DNA of 64,000 nucleotides from Phoronis australis. Taxonomy: Eukaryota; Animalia; Phoronida. The notes under the pieces were generated by a model, which was given only the letters and a program-made list of their open reading frames with translations, did no database searches and was not told where the DNA came from. This document shows positions 24,631-38,400 of the stretch, piece after piece; the first letter of the stretch is position 1; each line of letters begins with the position of its first letter. A program made the position numbers and the translations under genes. The stretch covers positions 256,438 to 320,437 of the forward strand of contig NMRA01000127.1 of assembly GCA_002633005.1 (NCBI GenBank). The letters are read 5' to 3'.

Positions 24631-27531
24631 TGTGATAACATTTCAGTATTTGATCACCTCAGACAAAAAAAAAACAATCTTACAACATTGCTTCGGTGAA
24701 ACCAATGAATCTTGCGTGTTGTGTCTTAATTTCAACCTACAGCAAAAATTTTTACAAGTCGGGGTGGCACACTAAATTGACACGCACAACCTGAAAGATT
24801 CAGCACAACACAGGGCTATCCTGTTGATGCATAGTAGAAAGCTATGGGGGTTCATTTAACCTTTAATTTGTATTAGCATAACGTTTTGTGGGAATACTTA
24901 AATGAAAGAACCTGAATAGAAAAGCCAGAAACAACTTCTGAACTTAAGGATAGCATTCATAGAGAGATTGCTAGCATACCAGCTGGCTAGCTCATGTAAA
25001 AATGTTGCCTTGGCAAACAGATCTATGTACTCCTACACATTGGCTATGCTGAAAGCATGAAGCGTTAAAATGCATCTGTTATTTTTCGAGTTATTTTTCT
25101 TTAATTTGTGTCTCATAAATTTGAGACACCCTGTAAAACCAACCATGTCAATAATCTGACCGCCAGGAAACACAACGAAATTTCTGATTTCGGAAATCTT
25201 TCTCTAAGGACGACTACAGGAGATTCTTGAAACACGAGGAGCGGATCAACCTGTGTTATTACTGAACAAATAAACATCTGGCTCAATTAAGTATCATCCC
25301 TTTATATGTAAGTTTTGTCTATCTCCAAACCTACCGATGATGAAGCATACTAACACGTTTACCTGTGTGTCTTCAATTATTTGAACCATGAGTTACCATA
25401 AAAATCGTGCCAAACGTTGTCAGCAATGTTTGAAAGTAAAGATTCTTTTTTACCTGTTTGACCAAAAGAGAGTACACTGTAACAGACAACAATTGAATGT
25501 TAGCATTTTAACTTTCAAAACACGTTTTAGTGAACGCGCACATGGTTCACACGGTTTTTATGTTGTATTCGTCATGAGATTCAAACATAAACACTACCCA
25601 TGTTTACAGAAACTGGAGACGACAAAAGATGGAGTGTTTTCAAACCACTGGCTTGTTGACATTTTCAAGATTTTCAGTTTGCAAAACACGGAAAGTAACG
25701 GTGAAGTTAATTAAGACTACCTGTTTAGATTTTCCATTATACCGAAGGTCCTCTGCTGACAAAGCATCAAATGGATGGTCAGACACTGTCATTTCTTCGA
25801 GGTTTAGCGCACTGGGGTCCCGCGCGTTCGGTGTCTGAACGCAAGCTGAGTTCGCCATAGTAAAATCTTTGGTCAGTCTCTGCAGGGTGCCAGTTTGTAA
25901 ACTCAATGTCCACTTGTCTCGACAACGGAACTGAATTCAGCAACCCCGTCGGGAAGAGTCCATCATATATGTAACAACACCTAAATGACGTTGAGCGCTG
26001 TGTTGAGAAAAACTACATGTGTTTTCCTAGCCGGTTATTTTCGAATAACAAACATGCCTCCAGCTGGCAAGACCTTTAACATCGACTAGGGGTTCGAAAA
26101 TGCCGTTCAGTGACCACGTAAACACACCGAACGATTGTTTGACCGCAAACAATTCAACTGAGTTGCGGAGGAAATATCTCCTCTTGGGCTCTTACCGCTA
26201 CACGTCTTGACGAATTCGTCCAGGTCTGATGATTGCCTGTGATGGGTTCAGTCTAGATTACGCCACCGATCACTTATAACGCCGAAGCCAAATAATCGTT
26301 CAGTATTACTCCACGGCATAAAGACGAATCCTTTGTGCTGGCTGCAGGCCTTGTGCTATTGACGTCATCGCCAAGGTGTTCTGTAAATCTGATCGGAACG
26401 TCGCGGTGTAGACTAGCGAACAAATAGCGGAACATGGAACAGATTAGAGATGGAGAACAAAATGCGCCGGGTGTGTGTGTATGTGTGTGTATTCTGCACT
26501 AATGTGTTCACGGCTTTACTATTCTTTGCTCTGTTCAGTTCTATTTATAGCTTTCGATACCCGGTCACAACAGTCGACCTTCATATCACATTTCACCCAT
26601 GTGAGCAAGTCGGTATAGTTTGAATAGCGAGTATCTGACTAACTGACGCAACGTAAAATAATTTCGTCCGCTCTGTTTTATTTGTAGCTAAGTAAATTTA
26701 CCTCTAATCCGTTCGGAATTCTTGAGTAAGTGACAGGATAGCCAATATACACAAGTGTAGTTAGAGGATTAAAATCCTGGATGGATTACGCGATGCATAT
26801 GCCGCTTATATATATCGCTTATATCCCACCTGCGCGACCGTGACATGTTTAGCGAGAATATTTCTGAAATAAAAATTCTCTGATGCTCAGGCAACAGTGT
26901 TTCGGCTGACGAGCAACGTACTGCCTACATGTAAACAATAATAAACGCTACTGAAACGAAATTACTGAACTTTCCTCAAGTTTTCCACAACTTTGTTGGC
27001 ATCTCCGTCGTGCTATTACAAAATGAAAGCTTGCTAGCGACAAAACAGTTTTATCTGCCCGGATTCTGCTACGAAAGATTCTAGATAGTGGACTATTAAG
27101 TTAAACTCACTGCAGCGGTTATCCCAGCTGCAATGTTCGACCAACAGTTGAAATGTAAGCTGTTTTTCTCATAACAGACTACCTCGTCGTGTATCAACAA
27201 GTGCGAACTCTCATGTGGGTGCATTAGAGAAATGTCATCCATATGAACATCACTGGTGAGTTCGTGAAATGCGAACTTGGGCTAGTATAATACACAATAA
27301 CACTGTCTCACCATATTGTATCTTCGTTTAGAGGCCCATGCGCCTATATGTGAAACACCTCAGTTAAACAAATATTATTCTAGTAAAACTTGACCAACAG
27401 TCTGGTAGACTTTGACGTGTATTCAAGTTAACACTGTAACTATTAAATCAAAAGTATTTACAATATCGGCCACACGAATAACGCACATTGCCAATATGCA
27501 AGGGACAGGTGCAGTGTTTGATTTAGGGGGG

Positions 27532-27656
27532 GCAAGGGAGCCAAACTTCTCCTAGATTCCATTTGGCAGTTCGGGGGTGCGAATGTGTGACGGGCACAAT
27601 CCTAGCTAATACTCTGCTCTGCCCTCCCCCCCAACTCAAAATCCTGGATCCGCCCT
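27532..27656 (+). mobile_element. MITE fragment, family shared with 45130-45278
   Basis: GTGCGAATGT(G/C)TGACGGGCA...TAATACTCTGC...CCCCCAACTCAAAATCCTGGATCCG occurs in both copies. Confidence 0.75.
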
Positions 27657-28061
27657 ACCTGAAGTGCCTGCACCTGAAAACGAAGTTAAGGCGCATGTGC
27701 TGCGAAACGCTCGATTGAATCAAATCATGAAACTGTTCTGATTTCGCATGTAAGCGCATGTACGGTAGACCCGTAACCTCTCTAGCTGTGTATAACTCAG
27801 TATTGTCACTTCGAGCGGTTATTGTGTTTATCTGGCGATGTGCATTGGGTTTACTGCACTGGTCTGAAAAACAAACCCAGCTTCATGTGTAATGATGTTT
27901 TCCAATATATGCTGAAGCTGACTTGTAATAATTACATATGTACGAGCAACCATGCCGGGCAACACATGTTTAAGAGCATTGTTAATTTTTTATCGACCCC
28001 TAAACATGGCACGGGGGTTGGCAGGTCACATAAATCTTGCCTTTAACGACCATGACCTAGG

Positions 28062-28180
28062 GTACGTCGCAGATGTTCCTTGCGAGAAAAGCGTGACCAC
28101 GCAAGAGTTATCCCCATGCATGCATTACAAACGAGATCACGCTAACTTTACTTGCGAGTGTCTTTCGTCTACACAACCGC
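28062..28180 (+). repeat. Short dispersed repeat family member
   Basis: Similar to 24508-24630 and 14713-14820. Confidence 0.55.
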
Positions 28181-28859
28181 ACCCACGATTTTAGTTTGCG
28201 CGTTAGTTGAAGCGAATACTTCGTATGCATCGGAACAATTTGGGAAAAGGCGACGCGGTATTGCGTCCATAAAAAGATGGCATGAAAGCAGCGTTGGTAT
28301 TGATTTGGATTATATTCATACTCGCGCCTCATAGTAAAGAAAATGCAAAAAGGCATATACATCACGGCGATTTTCGAAATGCAAAGAACGTTTTGTGATA
28401 GCATATGATGATTGTCGAAACAACTAGCGCGCAGGCATAAAACATCTCCTTTGAGCTTTCATTTTGAATCCCCGTTGCCATTAATCCTTATTGCGAAATA
28501 ATTCCAAGATCTGGGTGGGCTAATAGAAAAATAAGGGCGGGAAAGTGATGGTCTTATGGCTCTTGTGATGTAAGGCAGTCTGGTGTTAGTGCAAACGTTT
28601 GCTTTGGTCTAAACTGTTCATCAATCTCTCAGATATCAGAGAAATATACCGGTTAATTGCAAACATGTGGTTTGACAAGATTTGGGTGGTGTGGTACGCG
28701 GAGTTCGGGTAGTCGAGCATTGGTTATTGGTGACAACGTAAGGTAAAAATTATTGGCAGTCCTCTTCTGTGCAAGGTGTAACCTTGTTCCAGCCTATAGA
28801 GCACAGTTTGTTTCGTGCATATCGAAAATACTTCCTGAAAGTATTATCTTCCTTATTTT

Positions 28860-29135
28860 GAAAGTCACGTGAGTTGGCTTGCCTGATTGGTGTCACTTCA
28901 GCGCGACACAGTGATTGCGAACTGACACCGTCGCCAAGGACAGTGAGATTACTTGCAAATGTTCCGAGCGGACATGTTGAGTCAACATGGAAATTATAAG
29001 TGAAAGAGAATTATTGTGACAAGTGGACCAATCTCGTTGGGAGACCTGCTTCCATTGCTAAGTTACTTGACGTCATTTCTATGACCAACTTCAGCCATAA
29101 TAGATCGAGGCTATCTAACCTCTGCCATGGTACTG
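28860..29135 (+). repeat. Diverged duplicate of 42316-42552
   Basis: Shared blocks GAAAGTCACGTGAGTTG, CTGAT(T/A)GGTGTCAC, GAAATTA(T/A)AAGTGAAAGA-A-TTATTGTGA, GGACCAATCT and GGTACT. Confidence 0.75.
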
Positions 29136-32100
29136 GTTTATGCAGGATGCTGGTATTTAAGCTTGGCACGTGCAAGAAATTGCACTTAACCACCTCTACT
29201 GACTGGAAAAATTCGCCTGTAATAATAGTCAACAGTGAATTTCTAAGAAAATACAGTTAACCAAATAACTTCAATTTTCTAGATCGATTCGGCAACATTA
29301 GTTCATTCTACATAACCAACAGATATCAGTAAAATTTAGATTAGCTTTGCTGTATTTTTTTAAGTGCGAGACCGTCTCGTCCACGAGTCGACTCACCAAA
29401 AACTGCCAAATAACATGTTGTAGAAATCGACGACATTTCGTGAGTTCGCTCAAACAATATCTCGGCCAAAAATCGTTTTAAAAGTAAGAAAAGCAGCAGA
29501 AATGAATCGCAGTTATCAAACGCATAATTGATCATTTGACTTTGCTGTTGAGGCCCGACATTACACGATAATGCCACGATTTGTTCGTTTGAAAGTACCC
29601 GCATCTGCTAATGTGTGGAGATAACTCAGACAGCAAATATACGCTTGTGCTGCCTTCCCAAGTACGTGAAGGCTCTAAAACTAAAAGGATTTCTCGCAAG
29701 TTATCTAGCAGACGGACCAGCTGCCTTTCAATGGACGGCTGTCAAAAATTATGCAAGAGTTGCGCAGACCGAATCTCCGTAATTAACTCATCGCGAACCC
29801 AACTTCCGTATCAATTAGCGCTATCACTTCAAGTTAAGAGAACGGGATTTTCATAAATCATAGTCTGACTGTTAGTGACGTCTCAACATACAACATTTCA
29901 TGTTCGACCTGGAGACACGATTTCTTCATTCGTGTTTTCCGTTTTGATACGTTGCTTTCAAGGAAAGGACAAATGTTAAAAATGCGCTTCCTGTTTCATG
30001 TCGAGGCCAATACTTGATTCTCATTGACAACAGCAAAAATTTTGGGCAATGAGAAATTAAACTCTGAATGATTTCAAATTCATTATCTATAAACAATTCG
30101 GAATTCTATGCTTAAGTACTATTCTAGTAAGTTCTTTCGTACATTCGAAAAACTCGAACGATAAAGTAAGGACAACAGCTAAAAGCATCACGTGTTTGTA
30201 GGATGTGCTAATAGAGTTCAGTATGTTCCTGGTTGTAATCAAAAATGTGGAACAATTTGGAAGTTACTGGATGGGGCTAGAGCGTATTTCCCAATGCACA
30301 TAGTGGTATTGATGCCAACCCAGATGCTCACTTTGCGTCGGACGTATACACAAGGCTTTGAAACTAACTGTTGTGCATTCCGATGTTCACAAATGTTGAC
30401 ATGACTGACGAAGTCGTATAAACGAGAAATAATTAAAGATTCATGCTCCGAATTGTAGTTACTATTCACTCATGGACTGTTCATCAACAACATTAAATTT
30501 TGTGTTTTTAAATTTATAAAATTATCACCTTGAATTCTTATAGTGGAAGTTGCAACTCGAAGAGTGGATGCCTATTGTTGCTTTTTATTGATTAAGCAAT
30601 AAAAGTGTTCATCGGCTGTTAACAGTATTTTCAGTGAAGTGGCAATGAATTTTTGCGATCCAAATGTTCGTTGAATTGTCTTGTGGTCTCGGCTAATTAT
30701 CCAGAACACCTCGGTTATTTTCGTAGTCTCAAATTTCCCCTGGGAGATGAACGTTTTCTGCGCATGTGCAAACTCTAGTCATGCGGCCAATCATTCTACA
30801 CTTAGAAAGTCACACGACTTGCCGCCTGACTGAAGTTCACTCATGAGCAGAAATCGTTCACCACTGAGGAAAATTCAAGGCGTACCCTAGACTTCCTTGA
30901 AACTAGGCGGATCCGATCTATTCTGGCTGACTGACTGGTCGTAAAAATGTAACTTTGCAGCGGAAGCTAGTCCTCCCAACCAGGGCACAGATTGGTCCCT
31001 GTATATAATAATTATACTTTACTTTCAATTCCACGTAGGTATCTACCCTGTAGCAGCAATACCTGTATAAGCTCACTCTTTGTCATGAATTACTTACTGC
31101 GTCGGTGCGAGTTCGCAGTCGGCTGCTCCACCTCGTACACAGCCGAACCGCATTTTACCGTGTACCCCACAACTTTTGCATTATACTGCTCACAGGCTAC
31201 TTGGAATATTTAATTATGAAAATAATAGTAAAAGATAACGTACAAACTGGGTTTCATGCATTTTCTTGTTTAATGGCAAAGTAACGACATCTAACAGGTT
31301 GGTCCACTCTAGTGACTTTCCAATCTTTGCAGTTAGTGCTTACACGACTAGCCGACTGCGCACTAGAGGCCGGAACCACGCTGGGCTCATCCGGTGTTCG
31401 GAATGGTGACGACTCGTAACTAGTCGGGCATTTCCGAAGAGAGGAAAAAAGTCGAACTTAGACCCTAGGAAACGCAACTTCTTTACTTAAGGGATTGGTT
31501 TCGGAAGATTTCGCTAAAAATAAAGTAGACCAGCAACAGTATCAATGTTTGACTTATTCAAAATACGTGTATGTATCGCATATTTCAGAGGTTATGTGTT
31601 CAAAATGACATTCAGATTGCATCCATCACGTGTTTACGGGGGAAATTAACTCGTACAACTGGCGCGCACCATTATAACATACCGCAAAAATTCTCATCAA
31701 GTAAATAATACCATTCCACGGAACCTTAACCGATCAACTGCACCCAGGCACTCTTTCTGCATTTTAGTGAAAATGACCGAAGTGCACGACCTAGTTTCAG
31801 TGTGTTGTTTCTCGACGCATTTTGTATGTGTTATTAATTGGGTTATTTGCGCTAAAATTCTATAAAGTAAGAGTGCCTTAGTGTGATTGGAATTCAGGTT
31901 CTGTGGTAATGTTTGTTGTATGTGGTAAGAGTTTTTGCCGTGAATGGTTAAAGTGCCTGTCCTTGGTAAGAATTGGTTTCGACCCCCGTTGTTAAAAAGA
32001 CTAGTGCAACGAGTGGCTACGACAAATTGATTCCAGGAGGCAGATGACGACATAAGGGATGTAGCCTTAAAACTGAAACATGTACCTGACCCTCCCCACT

Positions 32101-35100
32101 GCCGCCACTAGCAAAATAGGGTGTTTTGGAGTGATTTGGTCTACACTGATACAATGTCGATCATGAAAGCCTTCTACTAAATTACGTCCATGTCGAAAAA
32201 ATTATGTCATATTTAATGAGACTCCATTACGTGTAACGTTCAACTTACTTACATGTGTCTGAATTAAAGGAATGAATACTGTCAAAGAGATATAAATAAT
32301 TCTAAGTCCATTGCATTAATTGGCGGCACACGTTCACATAATAGTCACTTAGGGTATCCGTATTAAGTAAACCAATTTTCTCTACTGAATAACGGGCGTC
32401 AAACGGTTTCTCAAAATCCGGTAAGTCCTGTAATTGACTATTGCCCAGGTTCCTTTAAAACAGCAAACACGTCATCGCTTGCGTAAACTACAAGGGGGGA
32501 TTATTACAATAACACGATAATGCAAAGCGCGTGCGGTGTAGCCCAATCGTTTATCGATAACTGTATCCATCACTGCATAGAGTCGGGTTCTATATTATTT
32601 TGTACAATGACATCTATTGAATAACGCCGGTGCCTAGTTCAAGTCTCAATCGTCAAGGGAGATTATTTCCAGACAAAAAACAAGACATGAAATTACAGTT
32701 ATCACTGTTAAATTGTGGACTGCTGCTCTCAAATGGTTACTCAAATTCATGATTTTTTTCAAATTAAATGATTTTTACGAGCGTTTAGGCTAAGCTTTGA
32801 AGTATTTTAATCTTGTACTCTTAGGAGAGTACAGGAAGGATTGCTTAGCGATGCGCGATAAAGGTAGTGTTCCGTAAGTGGTCGTATATTGATCTTAACG
32901 TCGAACACGAAATACGAGTGCAGTTCCATATTTAGAGTCGAGCTCTGTCATCCATCACGTCGTTACACGATTTTATCAATCAACATTTTGACAGAGAGAT
33001 ACAGGGAGAGGGTGGGGGTGCAGACGGGTGGGGAGAGGGACGGACAGGGGTACGGGGAGAACGCTCACACAGAAACATGACATAGCAGTCAGGTGGATAA
33101 TGTCAGGGGCTTTATTTGGCCGGAAGTTCCCTTAGTGTGATTTCACGGTGAATGGCTTTGTGAACAATCAGACGAAAACCAGACGAACAGTACGCACGAT
33201 AAAAGTCTAACAAACATGAATTATGAACACAGACAGTAAATTCACCTGATATCATTACCCTACATGGGCCAAGCAGACAGATTTCAGATTTCATGATTTA
33301 TCTCCAGATGATCTGTTTGCATGAAAAGCCATTTAGTATAAGTACAGCGGGTGAACGTTTTTGCAAAGTTGTGTTTTAAATGTGCGCATAAGTGACAACG
33401 TGGTCCTACAACTGAAATAACTTAAATTGATGTTTCAAACTCGAAATACAGTAATTCCCTAAAAACAGTTTCAGAGACAAAACAACAGTTGATTTTTCAC
33501 GCAAAACAATCTCGTAACACTAACGAGAACACAGGCTCGTTACGTCATCGGGAGTCACAGGAGCCGGGCAACCGACAATGAGTCGATTAGAAGCAATAAA
33601 ATTTCATGGACGGATTGAAATTGCCATACTAAGAACCGCAACTGTCGGTGGAGATGGTAGTTTAAGAAGCTGAATTTCATTTCATCGTTTTATATACAAC
33701 CGTTTGCTACTAAAGTTTCTGTTTTACTCGTCCTCGCTATTACCGTGGTGGGTGGTTTGTGCCAGTGTGGTAGCCTACTCTACTATATTTTTGTCGGGGC
33801 GACCACATGGGGAAATTAGGCACCCCACCAATTTTGAGAGTGGACTCGAAAAACGAAAAGTCTTCACTGCAGGATGCTTCCACTAAAAAGTCACGTAGCC
33901 TTTTTACAGAAATACCAGGGGTTAATTCATAAATCTGGATTTTTAACAAAACAAGAAGAGATGCCATGTTGTACGGTACTTCACTTACAAGAAAGACTTT
34001 CTAAATATAGGTAATATTGAAACCCCCCTTTGCAGATTTGTGTAGTTGGAAAAGGGTACCCTTTGTAAGGAGATATGTCCCTTTCGTAAGGAATATGCAC
34101 AATGTCGTTGGGAAAGTGATCATGGTCTGAGCGTCACGTCCCGGGTATCTCTTCGGGGGGTGTGGGTCTTGCTGGGCTCCTGTTCCTTGAGTGGTGAGCC
34201 GTGTTTTGTAAGTCAGAAACCGTGTTTGACAGTTCTCTACAAATTTTGTAAATACTTGTTAGGACTTAGTTTAAATTTTTTAAACGCTGCTGACATTTGA
34301 AGGAAGAACACGTGCTCCACGTGATTCTGAGAATAACACTACGTTGGATAATAAGTCTCAAAGTGTTCAATGGCGTGTTGACTCATGTTACGATATGCCT
34401 TATGAACTATTTGTCTGTAATAGAACTTGGTGAATCAAAATCCTAAACAGTTACAATTTCAATACCGTTTTGGTGTCGTTTGGCAGAACCAGGGCGTTGG
34501 TCAGTGACGAGATTACTTATAGAAAAATTGTTGTGAAGAAAACACGACTTCAAATAGAGGGAAGAGAAGATATCGTCTGAAAGTATACTAATGAATATGT
34601 TGGGAATTACATAGTTGCAACAGTTTGACAATTCAGTCGACTCCTCAGAAAATGTTGGTTTTAACAGGCCTTACTCTCCTGTCTATGTACATGGGAAACC
34701 CATCCCAATTGGTTTGTTTACTCCTGCACCAAATAAAATATTCAAGATGGTGGACGAAACCGTGGACTCCGTCGTATATTCGTGTTTGGGCATCTGTGCG
34801 CATGCCTCGATTTGGACATTTGTCATGAGGTAGTCTGGGAATAAGCAAGAAAAGTATGATAAATCGCTTTGTCATTTTATTTAACGCCGTATTATCTCGA
34901 GAGGGTAACAATACACGAATTTATGTAGAATATATCGGTTTATTATGTTCTTGTTGTTGCAGCAGCTGCATGCCACAAAGGCATTTTTCAATGGATGGAG
35001 TACTAGACTCAAAACTGCAATTCTTCCGTCTTAAGCTGTTAAAAACAGAAAATGAATAGAGAGCCACTGCAGCTCATAAAATCGGTATCACAATATTACC

Positions 35101-35259
35101 AATCACGACAGGACTCTAATTACATTACCAAAAAGTCATCGAAAGCATTAGCCACTCAAGAAATGGCTTCAAAGTTTATTGGGGTTGGCGAATTCGAAAA
35201 TGGAATAAGTACGCATTATCTGTGACGTGAGTTGCCAGCTCACACGGCAACAATTCAAG

Positions 35260-35486
35260 CAGTAGCGTGGTGCAGAGGTTTGGTGATGCCGGGGCGATTT
35301 TTATGGGATGCCCCTCTCTCTACTCAAATGCATGGGCTCTAGTACTAAGAAAAGCAAAAAAATGAAGCATAAAATAGAAACTTTATTCAATGTAACTACA
35401 AATCGGTCACAATTTCAAAAAGTTTAATTATCATCCTTCAATGTGGATACCCGTCACCGCGTCGGGCCCCCTCCTGCTCGCTATTG
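35260..35486. mobile_element. hAT-type MITE
   Basis: Ends CAGTAGCG / CGCTATTG with a perfect 8-bp TSD AATTCAAG (35252-35259, 35487-35494). Confidence 0.85.
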
Positions 35487-38400
35487 AATTCAAGATAGGA
35501 TGAGCACGGTAATCTTTCATAACCCAAAAGCACTACGGGTAAAAATCAACATTGACAGCTAGACAGCTAAACAGTACCTTTAAGTAGCACTCAACATCAA
35601 CCAAGCGGAATGTCCGAATGTTATTTTCTAACCAATCAAAATGTCCAAATGTTACTTCGTTCTGTTAATAGATGAGAAACTATGTAACATGATACTTTCT
35701 CAGTGCTGCCCCGTAGGACTGGGAAAGATTCTATGTACCCCAGCAAATAAGCCGTTACAAAACTGTAGTGTATAATTTTGCGACCAGGCCAGATATCAAC
35801 GCTCTTCTGTTGCAAAGGTAGTAAAACACATTGTCTGATTAGCCCAGTTTCTAAAAGGTTCACTTCTAAGCTGAATAGGAAAAGTAAGAAATGGTGTGTG
35901 TTTCGCTTCACTAAGCTTATCGATTTTTACGTCAGCACCTCATTGTGCAAAATTAAACTTTATTGGAATTAGAATGACGAGCAATGTATAACGTAGTGCT
36001 ATAGTAAGCTGCGAACAGTAATGAAGGAAAAGTCCCACCCGATGCATAGTGCAGTGGACAATTACACGGCGACTTTGAGGTATTTCGGGATGTTGCTATT
36101 GATGTATGAATACTATTGAAAATGACTATAATTGTCAGACTCCATGATAATTGGAGTCGAGATCGAAACGTCACATCCGTCTGCTGCATCCATTTAAAAA
36201 ACGAAATCATTCCATCGCGAATATTTTCCGTCAAAACAAACATTGGAAAAGATTTTTGTTTTCATTTTCTTGGCATCGAATGAAAGCGAGAAATTATTAC
36301 AACAAAGTTCTGAAAGCGACCCTAAACAGTGCTCTTAACTTTTCAAACGTAATGTTTCTGAAACCGTGAATCTGTACTGTCTAAACAAGTTATTTTTGTG
36401 AGTCTCGTTTTATGTTTGCTTCTTTTTTTCTTAAAACAGTGTTCATTTATCGTAAGACAAAAGCCAACGAGAAACACACCGTATTATCAATAACCTCCCC
36501 ATGAACACACACGAGTATAGAATGTATTCATCCTCAAACTTAGGTGCTAAAAGAGAAGCTATGCTTACTTTTTAGAGTCGTTTGTTTGACAACTATCATA
36601 CAGTACACACCATACGATGACTTCTTGCAAAACAAAATGGTCATGGCAACGACCAGAGCGATGCACGCATCGAATGTCCAAAAAGCGTTCAGAAACCAAT
36701 ATCGGATAGGGGGTCATGGGGCAGACTCTGTGAAAACCTGATGAGGCGGCAAATGGCAGATACACAGAAAAGGAAAATCACAGAACTGTCGTCTTCTGAT
36801 ATGGACTATAGAACTCGTGAAAAGGCTTGTAGCACAATCAATTCTAACGTCGTGCCAATAATAAGAAAAGATCTTGGCAAGTTACAAGACTGGCCATAAA
36901 ATCGTACTACTAGTGGTGCCATCAATCGCCTGTTGGCAAGGTGTTGACGCACGATTATACACGACTGGTTGTGCGATGATTCAAAACTGGTGGTACAACC
37001 TCATTGCGAGCAGTTAAGTTTAAAGTCGGTCACTGATGGATTTTTAACACCTTCAAAAACCTCCTGCAATCGATTTTTGAGCAGTGATCAGCCGCGACCA
37101 CCATGAACCACGATTATCTTGCGACTCCTCAAAGTGTCAGTCCCAAGTTGGTCGGAACCTGGTCATATCTTCAGTGTCAGTGACCGGGACTTTACTAACT
37201 AATTCAGTTTTCATGTTACATTCACCCGGGTTTCGCAATTTCGTTTGATTGCAGAAGCGCGCCATGGCTTAATTAGTGCATTCTATAACCATTCAAATTT
37301 ATGAGGGTGAGGATCTAATCTCGAAACTCAACTCGATTCAGAATTGAAATTATCCATCACGCTGCACGACTGTAGTACGAATATTCACGACTGAAGCGTG
37401 ACATGCAATTGGTCAATTTCCGAGTCAACTTTCGAGTACAAAGATTACACCGGGGCGCGGGTTTGATTTTAAACACTTTCTCTAGTGAATATTGATAGCG
37501 TTCAGGAAGTCGTTGCAAACTCGCCAACTAAAAATGAATTAGTCCGACTCAGAAAACAGATGTTCCGTTATCTAAGGACATAATACAAATCCTTGCTGTT
37601 TATAAGCGAGATGCTATAATTGTAATGATTATAACAGCCGGTGAATACAACTATTGATGAAAGAGACAGGCCTATCACTGTTATTGCTACCTCAGTTTTA
37701 TTGCTATATCATGGCATCGTGACAACTTTCCCAGGGTTTTATACAGAATTATAATTATGACGTTTTATATCTAGCTATGCCTTCTGATTGCGAATCAACC
37801 GAGCTTGCAGGGACGACGCCATATGACACGGGAATCTAAATGAGTTCTTCTAATTCACAAAGTATAAAGCAAACCGGACACCTCTTCAGTAAAACAACAG
37901 ACTAAGTGTTCTCTCGAGTTGCAATATTGGTTTTCCTCTGAAAAGTCAACCTTGAAAAGAAAAGCTACAGTAAAAATTGTACCTACCATTTTTTCAGCTG
38001 GGTTTCGTTACCGGTAGGATACCACACAGTGTTCAGGAGCGAGCTTCATTAGCCATTTGCCGAGGAAATCGGAATCAGTGTCGTGCGAATCACAGTTCCC
38101 AGCCTCAACGAATCAAATACGCACTATATCCTAGGACGAAAATACGAAAATTTTTAATAGTGCTAAATCTTCACAGTGTTCAGTTAGTCAGCTCACTGAC
38201 AATAGGTCAAATCAAATCGACGGAATACCAACCTCAGAGTTTTCTGCCAACTGCGCCAGAAACGCAGCCACGGATTCCGTAAAAGTACTCGTATGCTACG
38301 CCGACCAATAACAGTTCGAGCGATGTCCGCATTGCACTAGCTGTGGCACCTTTATTAACCGATGTCATAACTAAATCCACGTGTTTTACGTGTACTGGTT

